64,000 bases of DNA from assembly GCF_028368995.1 (NCBI RefSeq), contig NZ_JAQNDL010000001.1, positions 960,001 to 1,024,000 on the forward strand, in the 5' to 3' direction. The DNA comes from Nannocystis bainbridge (lineage in GTDB: Bacteria; Myxococcota_A; Polyangia; Nannocystales; Nannocystaceae). The position numbers were made by a program, and so were the translations under genes. Below, piece after piece: positions 40,546-49,168 of this stretch (position 1 is the stretch's first letter; every line of letters begins with the position of its first letter). The notes beneath the pieces were generated by a model that saw nothing but the letters and a program-made list of their open reading frames with translations, was not told the DNA's origin and did no database searches.

Positions 40546-41865
40546 ATGGACCGTCGTAATTTCTTCAAGCTCATGTCCCTCGCGGGCCTCGCGGCCGTGT
40601 CCCCGACCGTGTTCGCGGGCCGGCGCCCGGACACCCTCAAGAACCCCAACCTGCCGCCGCTCGCCGAGACCTACGGCGGCCCGCTGTGGGTGTTCCTCAA
40701 CGCCGGCGGCGGCTGGGACCCGACCTCGCTGTGCGATCCGAAGGGCGGCAAGGGCCCCGAGGACCCGGAGGCGATGAACCGGGCCTTCACCACCGACCAG
40801 ATCGAAGCCGCGGGCAACATCCGTTACCCGAACATCGGCACGATGGACAGCCCGACCGCGTACCAGGACTTCTTCCAGAAGCACTACAAGCGGCTGCGCG
40901 TGATCAACGGCCTCGACATGCAGTCGAACGGCCACGACAGCGGCTCGCGCCACTGCTGGTCGGGTCGCCTCGCCGAGGGCTACCCCAGCCTCGCCGCGCT
41001 GGTCGCCGCCGTGCACGGCCACGCCCTGCCGATGAGCTACCTCAGCTTCGGCGGCTACGACGACACGCAGGGCCAGGTCGCCCGCACGCGCTCGGGCAAC
41101 ACCGCCGCGCTGGCTCGCATCGCCTACCCCGACCGCGCCAACCCCGAGGACGAGACCAGCCTGTTCCACTCCCCGGTCGCCGGCGACCTGATCAAGAAGG
41201 CCCAGGAGGCGCGCAAGGAGCGGCTCCTCGCCACCGAGCAGCTGCCGCGCGTGCAGAACGCGATCGGCAACCTCTACGCCTCGCGCACCGGCAGCAACGA
41301 GCTGAAGAAGCTGCAGCAGTACCTGCCGGACATGCTCGACAACGGCCCGAACCCGCTGCGGCGCCAGATCCAGGTCGCGCTGGCCGCCTTCCGCGCCGGC
41401 ATCTCGATCTCCGTCAACCTCGACATCGGCGGCTTCGACACCCACGGCAACCACGACGACAGCCACATCCCGCGGCTGGCCCAGATCCTCGACGGCCTCG
41501 ATTTCCTGTGGAGCGAGTCCGAGGTGCAGGGCATCGGCGACAACTTCGTCGTCCTGTGCGGCTCCGACTTCGGCCGCACGCCCGGCTACAACGACACCAA
41601 CGGCAAGGACCACTGGGCCATCACCAGCCTCATGATGATGGGCAAGGGCATCAAGGGCGACAAGGTCATCGGCGCCTCCGACGACCGCCACAACGCCTTC
41701 AACTGGGACCCCAAGTCGCTCAAGCAGAGCGAGTCGGGCATCCACATCGAACCGCGCCACGTCCACGCCAACCTGCGGCGCCTGGCCGGCATCGACGGCC
41801 ACGACCTCATGAAGCAGTACCCGATCGCCATCGAAAAGGGCGACGAGATGGACCTCCTGGCCTGA
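40546..41865 (+). CDS. Tat-exported DUF1501 protein
   Basis: MDRRNFFK twin-Arg; GGWD, GGFDTH, SDFGRTP, GKDHW; AAGGAGG RBS. Confidence 0.85.
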   Translation: MDRRNFFKLMSLAGLAAVSPTVFAGRRPDTLKNPNLPPLAETYGGPLWVFLNAGGGWDPTSLCDPKGGKGPEDPEAMNRAFTTDQIEAAGNIRYPNIGTMDSPTAYQDFFQKHYKRLRVINGLDMQSNGHDSGSRHCWSGRLAEGYPSLAALVAAVHGHALPMSYLSFGGYDDTQGQVARTRSGNTAALARIAYPDRANPEDETSLFHSPVAGDLIKKAQEARKERLLATEQLPRVQNAIGNLYASRTGSNELKKLQQYLPDMLDNGPNPLRRQIQVALAAFRAGISISVNLDIGGFDTHGNHDDSHIPRLAQILDGLDFLWSESEVQGIGDNFVVLCGSDFGRTPGYNDTNGKDHWAITSLMMMGKGIKGDKVIGASDDRHNAFNWDPKSLKQSESGIHIEPRHVHANLRRLAGIDGHDLMKQYPIAIEKGDEMDLLA

Positions 41866-41890
41866 TCCTCCGGGCCCCGGCCCCCCCAGG

Positions 41891-41946
41891 CGCGAGCGGC
41901 GTCCAGCGAGCCTAGCGGGCTCCTGGAGCCGCTCGCGGCGCTTTTG
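41891..41946 (+). terminator. Probable intrinsic terminator
   Basis: CGCGAGCGGC..TCCAG..GAGCC / GGCTC CTGGA GCCGCTCGCG stem followed by CTTTT. Confidence 0.5.
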
Positions 41947-42001
41947 TGGGCCTGCCCGCGGCGCGGTGCGGCTGTGATAAGGTGACCGCTTACGGGAACC
42001 C

Positions 42002-43870
42002 ATGGCCACGCCGCAGCCGACCGCCTGCCTCCTCGTCCTCGCCCTCGCCGCGTGCCCTGGCGGTGACTCGCCCGGCGACTCTGCCACCGAGCCCGGGACC
42101 ACCGGCGGCGACGGCCCCACCACGACCTCGCCCGGCACCGACACCGACGCGCCGACCACCACCGGCGTCGACGGCTTCGGCCCCGAGCGGGAGTTCGTCC
42201 TCCGGCTCAACGACGACCCCGCGCCGCCGCTCAAGCTCAGCCTGAACAAGGCCGACGCCGCCGCGCTGTTCGGCGCCACCGCCGGCGAGATCAAGCTGCT
42301 CGACATCGAGTCGGGCACGCTGCTGAAGAACACCCTCGACACCATCAAGAGCGCCTGCGGCACCGGCTGGAAGGCCGACGACGCCGACCCGAAGCACGAC
42401 TGCTCGGGCACCGACTTCAAGGGCCCCGACAACACCTGGAAGACCAGCGCCGAGTACTCGCTGATCCGGATCCTCACCATGACCCCGGCCAACGCCAGGG
42501 TCGCCGGCACCTCGATCGCCGGCATGCAGGGCCTCGCCGACGGCCTCGGGATCGGCGGCGGCTTCAGCCAGATGCTCTCCGAGACCCTCGGCATCCAGCG
42601 CACCGAGGAGTTCATCACCACCCCGGAGCTGGTGGTCGCGCTCCAGCGCAACCTGCTCGCCACCCACCCGCACATCGGCGGCGACGGCAAGTCGCTGCCG
42701 CTCTACCTCGACGACGCGCTGCAGGACCTCACCACCCTCGCCACCAAGCTCGGGCCCACGGGCGACCACCCCGGCATCGTCGACCCCAGCTTCCCGATCA
42801 CCAGCGAGTGCCTCACCCCCGAGTTCGCCATGAACATCGAGGCCGAGAGCAACCTCCGCCTGCTCGACGGCATCGACCTGTCCGAAGGGAAAGATTACAT
42901 GTCGACCGTCGTCGACGTGGCCGGCCCGACCTTCGGCGACCCGCTCGAGTTCGACTTCAACGACCCGGCCAAGTTCTCGATCGTCGGCGTCGCCGACGCG
43001 CCGCGCGTCGACCTGCGCTTCGCCATCTCCGAGCACGACGACTTCATCAACTCGTGCGCCGGCGACCCCGCCTGCAAGCAGAACCTGCCGGAGAACGTCG
43101 ACCTGGTGAAGGCGACCTGGCCCGGCTCGGCGTGGGCCATCGACCCGTGGCTGCTCGAGAGCGTGATCGTGGCCGGCGGGCGCGAGAAGTACAAAAACCG
43201 CATCTTCGACAAGTGCTACGAGGTGCTGTTCTCCTGCAACCTCGGCGCCCACGTCTACGTCGGCCCCGACCCGCCCGGCTGGGCCCTGTTCGACATCTTC
43301 CTCAACCTCGGCAACCCGCCCAAGGACCAGTACGTCTGGGAGCTGATCAACGAGGTCGCCCAGATCGCCCTGCACACCCCGCCGAACATCGCCATCCCCG
43401 AGGGCTCGGCCGACGTCGCCTTTACCCTGCGCGACATCGACATCGGCGTCACCGGCCCGCAGATCGCCGAGTCGGTGCGGCCCTACTTGCAGGCGCAGGC
43501 GCCCAAGATCGCCGACCTGCTGCTCGGCGACTACTGGAAGAACAACGGCCCCGTCGACTTCTACTACCGCCGCGGCGGCGACGGCCTGCCCTACCTGTTC
43601 TACGTCGCGCCCGACGACCTGCCGCCGAACGCCGAGTACAAGCACCCCAACCCCGGCTTCTTCACCTGTCCCGAAGTACAGCCGAGCTGCAAGGCCTCGG
43701 CGACCGAGCTCGCCGGCGCCGGCGACGACATCCGCGAGAAGGTGCGCCTCGACGCCGGCGAGACCGTCCTCTACGTCCAGGACGACGCCGGCGTCCTTTA
43801 CCGCGCCCGCTTCCTCGTGCCCGAGGGCGACGCCAAGGAGATCACCGTGCGCGTCGCCGCCTTCGAGTGA
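42002..43870 (+). CDS. Hypothetical lipoprotein, 622 aa
   Basis: LAAC lipobox, strong GC3 bias, globular composition. Confidence 0.75.
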   Translation: MATPQPTACLLVLALAACPGGDSPGDSATEPGTTGGDGPTTTSPGTDTDAPTTTGVDGFGPEREFVLRLNDDPAPPLKLSLNKADAAALFGATAGEIKLLDIESGTLLKNTLDTIKSACGTGWKADDADPKHDCSGTDFKGPDNTWKTSAEYSLIRILTMTPANARVAGTSIAGMQGLADGLGIGGGFSQMLSETLGIQRTEEFITTPELVVALQRNLLATHPHIGGDGKSLPLYLDDALQDLTTLATKLGPTGDHPGIVDPSFPITSECLTPEFAMNIEAESNLRLLDGIDLSEGKDYMSTVVDVAGPTFGDPLEFDFNDPAKFSIVGVADAPRVDLRFAISEHDDFINSCAGDPACKQNLPENVDLVKATWPGSAWAIDPWLLESVIVAGGREKYKNRIFDKCYEVLFSCNLGAHVYVGPDPPGWALFDIFLNLGNPPKDQYVWELINEVAQIALHTPPNIAIPEGSADVAFTLRDIDIGVTGPQIAESVRPYLQAQAPKIADLLLGDYWKNNGPVDFYYRRGGDGLPYLFYVAPDDLPPNAEYKHPNPGFFTCPEVQPSCKASATELAGAGDDIREKVRLDAGETVLYVQDDAGVLYRARFLVPEGDAKEITVRVAAFE

Positions 43871-43891
43871 GCCCGGCGCGCCCCGGCCGGC

Positions 43892-44500
43892 TCACGCGCC
43901 GATGCGCGCCATCCGGTCGTACGCCTTCTGGCCGTCGTAGTGTGAGACCAGCCGGCGCAGCGCGTCCTCGAACAGCGTCTGCAGGGCCGGCTGCGTCGAG
44001 TTGGTGGCCGCGATCGGCACCGTGCTCTCGGCCGTGCCCTGGTAGATGAACGCGTCGGCCGGGGCCCCGTAGGCGCGGATGCGGAAGCTCCATTGCATGC
44101 GCACGTACACCCCCGAGGGCGTGCCCGGGCCGCGCGTGCCCACGAAGCTCGACAGCGAGTTCACCAGCACCTCGCCGGTGAGGAAGATCCCGCTCGGCGC
44201 CGGCAGCGACGGCGGCCCCACGGTCACCGTCGAGAACAGCTGCGTCATCGTGCGCTGCAGGTCGCGCTCGACGAACGTGTGAAGCCCGTCGACCTCGATC
44301 GGCTTCACCCCCGGCCCCAGCGCCGTCATCGTGTCGGGCAGCTTGGCCGGGTCGAGGATGATGAACAGCGGGTGCTCGATCCGCCGCAGCTCGCCGGGCT
44401 GGGGGATCTTCGTCTCCATCTCGGCGACGTGCACCGGCTGCATCGAACAGCCGGCCAGGGCCAGGGCCAGAGCCAACAGGGTCGGTCGGAGCGGACGCAT
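43892..44500 (-). CDS. Hypothetical lipoprotein
   Basis: MRPLRPTLLALALALAGC signal and lipobox. Confidence 0.7.
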   Translation of the reverse strand: MRPLRPTLLALALALAGCSMQPVHVAEMETKIPQPGELRRIEHPLFIILDPAKLPDTMTALGPGVKPIEVDGLHTFVERDLQRTMTQLFSTVTVGPPSLPAPSGIFLTGEVLVNSLSSFVGTRGPGTPSGVYVRMQWSFRIRAYGAPADAFIYQGTAESTVPIAATNSTQPALQTLFEDALRRLVSHYDGQKAYDRMARIGA

Positions 44501-44575
44501 GACCGGAGAGGCTAACAGATCCTGCCCGCGCGGTCGCATTCGCCGCCGGCCCTCCGGCGCGGCGCGACCAAAACA

Positions 44576-44610
44576 AGAAGGCCAGGGGTCTTTTGGACCT
44601 CTGGCCTTCT
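44576..44610 (-). terminator. Intrinsic terminator of tRNA-Lys
   Basis: AGAAGGCCAGGGGTC-TTTTG-GACCTCTGGCCTTCT stem-loop; TGTTTTG follows on the minus strand. Confidence 0.8.
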
Positions 44611-44619
44611 ATTTTCCTG

Positions 44620-44692
44620 TGAGCCCGGTAGGAATCGAACCTACAACCCAGGGATTAAGAGTCCCTTGCTCTACCAATTGAGCTACGAGCCC
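44620..44692 (-). tRNA. tRNA-Lys (anticodon CTT), CCA not encoded
   Basis: GGGCTCGTAGCTCAATTGGTAGAGCAAGGGACTCTTAATCCCTGGGTTGTAGGTTCGATTCCTACCGGGCTCA cloverleaf. Confidence 0.95.
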
Positions 44693-44890
44693 GAACGGGC
44701 CCCCCTTCTACACGATCCCCATGGGGACGCAAGAGGTATTTTCGCCGCGAGCGAGGCCTGTTCCCCCCTACGGCGCGCGGAATAGCGACGAACCGGCCCC
44801 TGTTCATGCTTCTGGAGCCTTTCTCCGAGGAACCGACCGAAAAACCGTGCGCTGACGCATGGACCGCGGCCGCCCATCTGACCCTTCGCC

Positions 44891-45700
44891 ATGCGCCAAC
44901 CCCGACCTTTCTTCGCCCTCCTATCCCTCATTTTGGCCTGCGGCCCCGACAATTCCGGCGGCTCCGACACCGAGCCCCTCCCTGAAACCGGGGGCGACGC
45001 CACCGGCACCGCCCCCGCCGAATGTCCGGCGGACCTCGAGCCTTTCGCCAGCCCCGACGCGTACGCCGAGACACTCGCGCAGGCCACCTGCGCCAAGCTC
45101 GCGGCCTGCGACTGCACCGAAGTGCCGGACACCTGCGTCGCCGACCACACCGAGGTCAACCGCGGCCGCAACGCCGTCTACCTCGCGGCCGGCAGCGTGT
45201 TCGACCCGCTATGCGCCCGCAAGCTGGTCCTGCGCCACGAGTGGACCGCCTGCGGCCTCGACTCGGCCGACCCGTGCGGCTTCTGCGAAGACTTCGTCGG
45301 CACCCGCGCCGAGGGCGACGCATGCCAGCTCATCGCCGGCACCGTCGACCCGTGCGGCCCCCGCCTGTTCTGCAACGGCGGCACCTGCACGGGCCCCGTG
45401 CCCTGGCTCGGCGAGGACGCCCCCTGCCGCGACGGCGACGTGGCGCTCGGCGCCTGCGAGGCCGACCTGCTCTGCGACTTCGACCAGGACATCTGCGTGC
45501 CCGTGCCGAAGCTCGGCGAACCCTGCCGCGACCTGATCTGCGGCCCAGGCGCGTGGTGCAGCACCAGCGACAGCCCCACCGGCGTGTGCCTGGCGACCCG
45601 CCCCGGCGGCGGCCCCTGCAGCCACCCGATCCAGTGCGAGAGCCGCGTCTGCGAGCAGAGCGTCTGCAGCGACGAGCCCCTGTACTGCCTGTACCGCTGA
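44891..45700 (+). CDS. Cys-rich lipoprotein
   Basis: ILAC lipobox; repeated G..C...C...L.C modules. Confidence 0.7.
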   Translation: MRQPRPFFALLSLILACGPDNSGGSDTEPLPETGGDATGTAPAECPADLEPFASPDAYAETLAQATCAKLAACDCTEVPDTCVADHTEVNRGRNAVYLAAGSVFDPLCARKLVLRHEWTACGLDSADPCGFCEDFVGTRAEGDACQLIAGTVDPCGPRLFCNGGTCTGPVPWLGEDAPCRDGDVALGACEADLLCDFDQDICVPVPKLGEPCRDLICGPGAWCSTSDSPTGVCLATRPGGGPCSHPIQCESRVCEQSVCSDEPLYCLYR

Positions 45701-45793
45701 ACGAGGCCGCTCCGCGCCCGCTCCCGAGCGCGGAGCGTCCCCGCCTCCGCGTCGGCCCACGACCCTGGCCGGCGCATCGCGTACCATCGCCGC

Positions 45794-46009
45794 ATGTCGC
45801 CCGTGGCGCATCAGCGGCTGTTCGCCGTCCTCACGGCCGCGCTGATCGTCCTCCACATCGACCCCTGGAACGCCGGCCCCGGCCCGCTCCTGTTCGGCTG
45901 GTTGCCGTGGGACCTCGCCTACCACCTGGCGTGGATGGCCGCAGGCACCCTCCTGGTGCTCTACATGACCTCGCGCGCGATCTGGCCCGACGACCCGGAC
46001 GACCCATGA
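45794..46009 (+). CDS. Small membrane protein (DUF3311-like) preceding a symporter
   Basis: Two TM segments, PLLFGWLP; typical SSS partner position. Confidence 0.7.
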   Translation: MSPVAHQRLFAVLTAALIVLHIDPWNAGPGPLLFGWLPWDLAYHLAWMAAGTLLVLYMTSRAIWPDDPDDP

Positions 46010-46013
46010 CCGC

Positions 46014-46056
46014 GCACATGTCCCCAAGGACATATAACATGTCCGAAAGACCATCC
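46014..46056. repeat. 14-bp palindromic units
   Basis: CATGTCCCCAAGGACATATAACATGTCCGAAAGAC. Confidence 0.7.
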
Positions 46057-46094
46057 CCGTTCGCTCCCGGGACGCCGCGCCCGCAGGACCGTCC

Positions 46095-47558
46095 ATGAGC
46101 TCGCTCGCCGCGATCGGCCTGGTCGTCGCCGTCTACCTCGCGATCACCCTCGTGATCGGCGTCGTCGCCTATCGCCGCACCGCCGGCACCCCCGAGGACT
46201 ATTTCCTCGGCGGTCGGGCTGCTCGCACCTTCGTCCTCTTCATGGCCCTGTTCGGCACCAACGTCACCCCGTTCGTGCTGCTCGGCATCCCCGGCCTCGC
46301 CTATCACCAGGGCGTCGCCGTGTTCGGCCTCAACGCCGCGATCGTCGGCCTCGGCATCCCGCTCACCTTCTACTTGATCGGTGAACCTGCCCGGCGCGCC
46401 GCCCGTCGCCTCGGCGCCATCACCCCGGCCGAGCTCTACGCCGAGCGGCTCGCCTCGCCCGCGGTCGGCCTGGCCCTGTTCGCCGCCTTCTTCCTCTACA
46501 CCCTCCCGTACATGGTCACCGCGGTGATCGGCGCCGGCCTCACCGCCGAGGTCCTGACCGACGGCCACCTGTCCTTTGGAGCAGCCGCCGCCCTCATCCT
46601 CGCCATCACGATCGCCTACACCGCGCTCGGCGGCATGCGGGCCACCATGTGGACCAACGTGTTTCAGGGCGCGACCTTCCTCGGCTTCATCGTCGCCGCC
46701 TTCTTCCTGATCGCCGACCGCCTCGGGGGCTTCGCCGCCGCCACCACCGCCGTACAGGCACGCGCCCCGCACCTGCTCGAGAAGACCACCGCCGGCGCCT
46801 TCGCCCCCGGTCCGTGGGCCTCGTGGGCGCTGGCCATCTCGCTGACCGTGATCGCCTTCCCGCACATGCTCGTGCGGGTGTTCGCCGCCCGCGACGCGAC
46901 CGCGCTCAAGAACGTGTGCCGCCTCTACCCCGTCGTGCTGGTGGTTCTGTGGCTGCCCGCGGTCCTGTTCGGCGTGTGGGGTGCCGCCGAGATCGGCGGC
47001 CTCCAGGGCAAGGCCAGCGACGCCATCTTCCCGCTGCTGGTCGCGCGTCACCTCGGACCTGTCCTTCAGGGCATGGCGCTCGCCGGCGTGCTCGCGGCCG
47101 TGATGTCGACCCTCGACGCCCAGCTGCTCACCCTCTCCTCGATGCTCACCCGCGACGTCCTGCGCCGCCTCCTGCCCGGCCTCGCCCCCGCGCGCGAGGT
47201 CGTGGCCGCGCGGCTGTTCACGCTCGCGCTCTCGGCGGCCGTGTTCGTCCTCGTGCTCGCGCGCCCGGCCTCGCTGTTCGACATCGCCGCCTTCAGCTTC
47301 TCCGGCTACGTCACCCTCACCCCCACCCTGCTGCTCGGCGTCCGCTGGCGCCGCTTCACCGCCGCCGGCGCCATCGCCTCGATCGCCGCCGGCAACCTCG
47401 CCCTCGCCCTCGCCTTCGCCGGCATCCTGCCCGCGCCCTTCGGCGTCCTCCCGGTCGCCTGGGGTCTGGTCGCGGCCATCGCCGGCGCCCTCGTCGGCTC
47501 CGCGCTGTCCCGGCCTCCGCCCGCGCACGTGATCACCCGCGCCCTCGGCCCCGCGTGA
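46095..47558 (+). CDS. Sodium:solute symporter family protein
   Basis: EDYFLGGR, YTALGGMRATMWTNVFQG, AAVMSTLDAQLL; about 13 TM. Confidence 0.9.
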   Translation: MSSLAAIGLVVAVYLAITLVIGVVAYRRTAGTPEDYFLGGRAARTFVLFMALFGTNVTPFVLLGIPGLAYHQGVAVFGLNAAIVGLGIPLTFYLIGEPARRAARRLGAITPAELYAERLASPAVGLALFAAFFLYTLPYMVTAVIGAGLTAEVLTDGHLSFGAAAALILAITIAYTALGGMRATMWTNVFQGATFLGFIVAAFFLIADRLGGFAAATTAVQARAPHLLEKTTAGAFAPGPWASWALAISLTVIAFPHMLVRVFAARDATALKNVCRLYPVVLVVLWLPAVLFGVWGAAEIGGLQGKASDAIFPLLVARHLGPVLQGMALAGVLAAVMSTLDAQLLTLSSMLTRDVLRRLLPGLAPAREVVAARLFTLALSAAVFVLVLARPASLFDIAAFSFSGYVTLTPTLLLGVRWRRFTAAGAIASIAAGNLALALAFAGILPAPFGVLPVAWGLVAAIAGALVGSALSRPPPAHVITRALGPA

Positions 47559-47732
47559 GGCCCTCGAGGACCGCGCTTGCCCTTCCGCCTCGTCCTCGCG
47601 GCCTGTCGCGCACACGATCGCCCGCGCTCTCGACCGCCGCTCGGGCCCCTCGCGCCGCACCACGCTCCTGTCAACCGCCGGTCCCAGGGACGTCAGACGG
47701 CCAGCCGCGCCCGCCCGGCGTATGCTGCCCTG

Positions 47733-49004
47733 GTGAAGCCGCGCGTCCTCGTCGCCCTCCTCGTCGGCTGCACCCCGACCGCGCCCGCCGGCAGCGACGG
47801 CGCGCCTGACAGCGCCGGCACCACGAGCACTTCGGGACATGTCCCCGGGACCAGCTCCGGATCGCCGACCTCGACGACGACCACCACCAGCACCGCCGAG
47901 CCGACCACCAGCACCACCGGCACCACCGGTCCCGTCGCCATGTGCGGCGACGGCCTGCGTCAACCCGGCGAGTTCTGCTTCGCCCCTGGCGTCCGCCTGT
48001 CGACCGGCCCGCGCCCCGTCGCCGTGGCGATCGCCGACCTCGATCACGACGGCGACCTCGACCTCCTGCTCGCCGACTTCGAGGCCGGCGAGCTGACCCT
48101 TCAGACAGGTGACGGCAGCGGCCAGTTCGTCGCTGGCCCGTCCCTCCCGACCTTCCTCCGCCCGCGCGACGCCCTCGCCGGCGACTTCGACGGTGACGGC
48201 CGCCTCGACCTCGCATTCGCCGACCCGGGCCTCGGCCTCGTCGGCGTCTACCGCCACGTCGGCCCCGGCCTCGCCTACGCCCCGCCGCAGCCGGTCAAGG
48301 CCGGCATACAGCCGCGGGCCCTCGCCGCCGCCGACCTCGACGACGACGGCTTGCTCGACCTCGCCGTCGCCGACGAGGCCGGCGACGCCGTGCTCGTCCT
48401 GCTCGGCGCCGGCGGCGGCGAGTTCGCGGACGCCGTCGTCTACCCTGTCGGCGACGAGCCCTACGACGTCGTCATCGCCGATGTCGATCACAACGGCCGC
48501 CTCGACCTCGTCAGCGCCGACCAGAACCAGGCCCGCGTCACCATCCTCCTGGCCGATGGGACAGGTGCCTTCGTCGACGCCGGGCAGCAGTTCGTCAACC
48601 CCGAGCCGCGCCGCCTCGTCGCCGCCGACCTCAACCTCGACGGCCTGCTCGACCTCGCGACCGCCAGCTTCACCGCCGATCACCTGTCGATCCTGCCCGG
48701 CCAGGGCGACGGCGAGTTCGGCGAGTACATCCCGATCGCCCTCGGCGAGGGCCTCTACGCGGTGATCGGCGCCGACCTCGACGGCGACGGCCCGCCCGAG
48801 CTCGTCGCAGTCGACCACACCCGGGGCGAGCTCGTCGTCATCGCCGGCCTCGGCCTGCAGGACATCATCACGATCGCGCGCTTCGAGATCGGCGCCGGGC
48901 CGATGGACCTCGCCGCTGCCGACCTCGACGGTGACGGTGCGCTCGACATCGTCACCGCGGACGCCTTCGGCGCCGGCGCGACCGTGCTCCTCGCCGATCC
49001 GTGA
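47733..49004 (+). CDS. FG-GAP/VCBS repeat lipoprotein
   Basis: LVGC lipobox; seven ADLD.DG.LDL-type repeats. Confidence 0.85.
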   Translation: MKPRVLVALLVGCTPTAPAGSDGAPDSAGTTSTSGHVPGTSSGSPTSTTTTTSTAEPTTSTTGTTGPVAMCGDGLRQPGEFCFAPGVRLSTGPRPVAVAIADLDHDGDLDLLLADFEAGELTLQTGDGSGQFVAGPSLPTFLRPRDALAGDFDGDGRLDLAFADPGLGLVGVYRHVGPGLAYAPPQPVKAGIQPRALAAADLDDDGLLDLAVADEAGDAVLVLLGAGGGEFADAVVYPVGDEPYDVVIADVDHNGRLDLVSADQNQARVTILLADGTGAFVDAGQQFVNPEPRRLVAADLNLDGLLDLATASFTADHLSILPGQGDGEFGEYIPIALGEGLYAVIGADLDGDGPPELVAVDHTRGELVVIAGLGLQDIITIARFEIGAGPMDLAAADLDGDGALDIVTADAFGAGATVLLADP

Positions 49005-49168
49005 TCGGCCGGCCGCGGGCCGACAACCGACCTCGAAGCAGGTTCCCGGGCGCTCCGCAGGTCGTCGCCGACACCTGCTTCCCCGCACTTCCACGCGAAG
49101 TTTTTTTGCCGCGAGGAACCGGGGGCCATCGCCCCTGTCTCGGCCCCCGTCGATTTCGGAGAGCCGTC

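Noticed and set aside
44620-44692. tRNA-Lys as an island integration site
   Set aside because: No integrase, no duplicated tRNA 3' end seen, and the terminator follows directly.
45831-49094. Long antisense or alternate-frame ORFs (also 8813-11227, 11472-14705, 38243-40522, 48755-51190)
   Set aside because: Shadow ORFs of a high-GC genome overlapping well-supported genes; Arg/Ala/Pro-rich with no motifs.
49115-49140. GGAACC-N16-GTCT ECF-type promoter upstream of the VWA gene
   Set aside because: Plausible but too short to support without TSS data.
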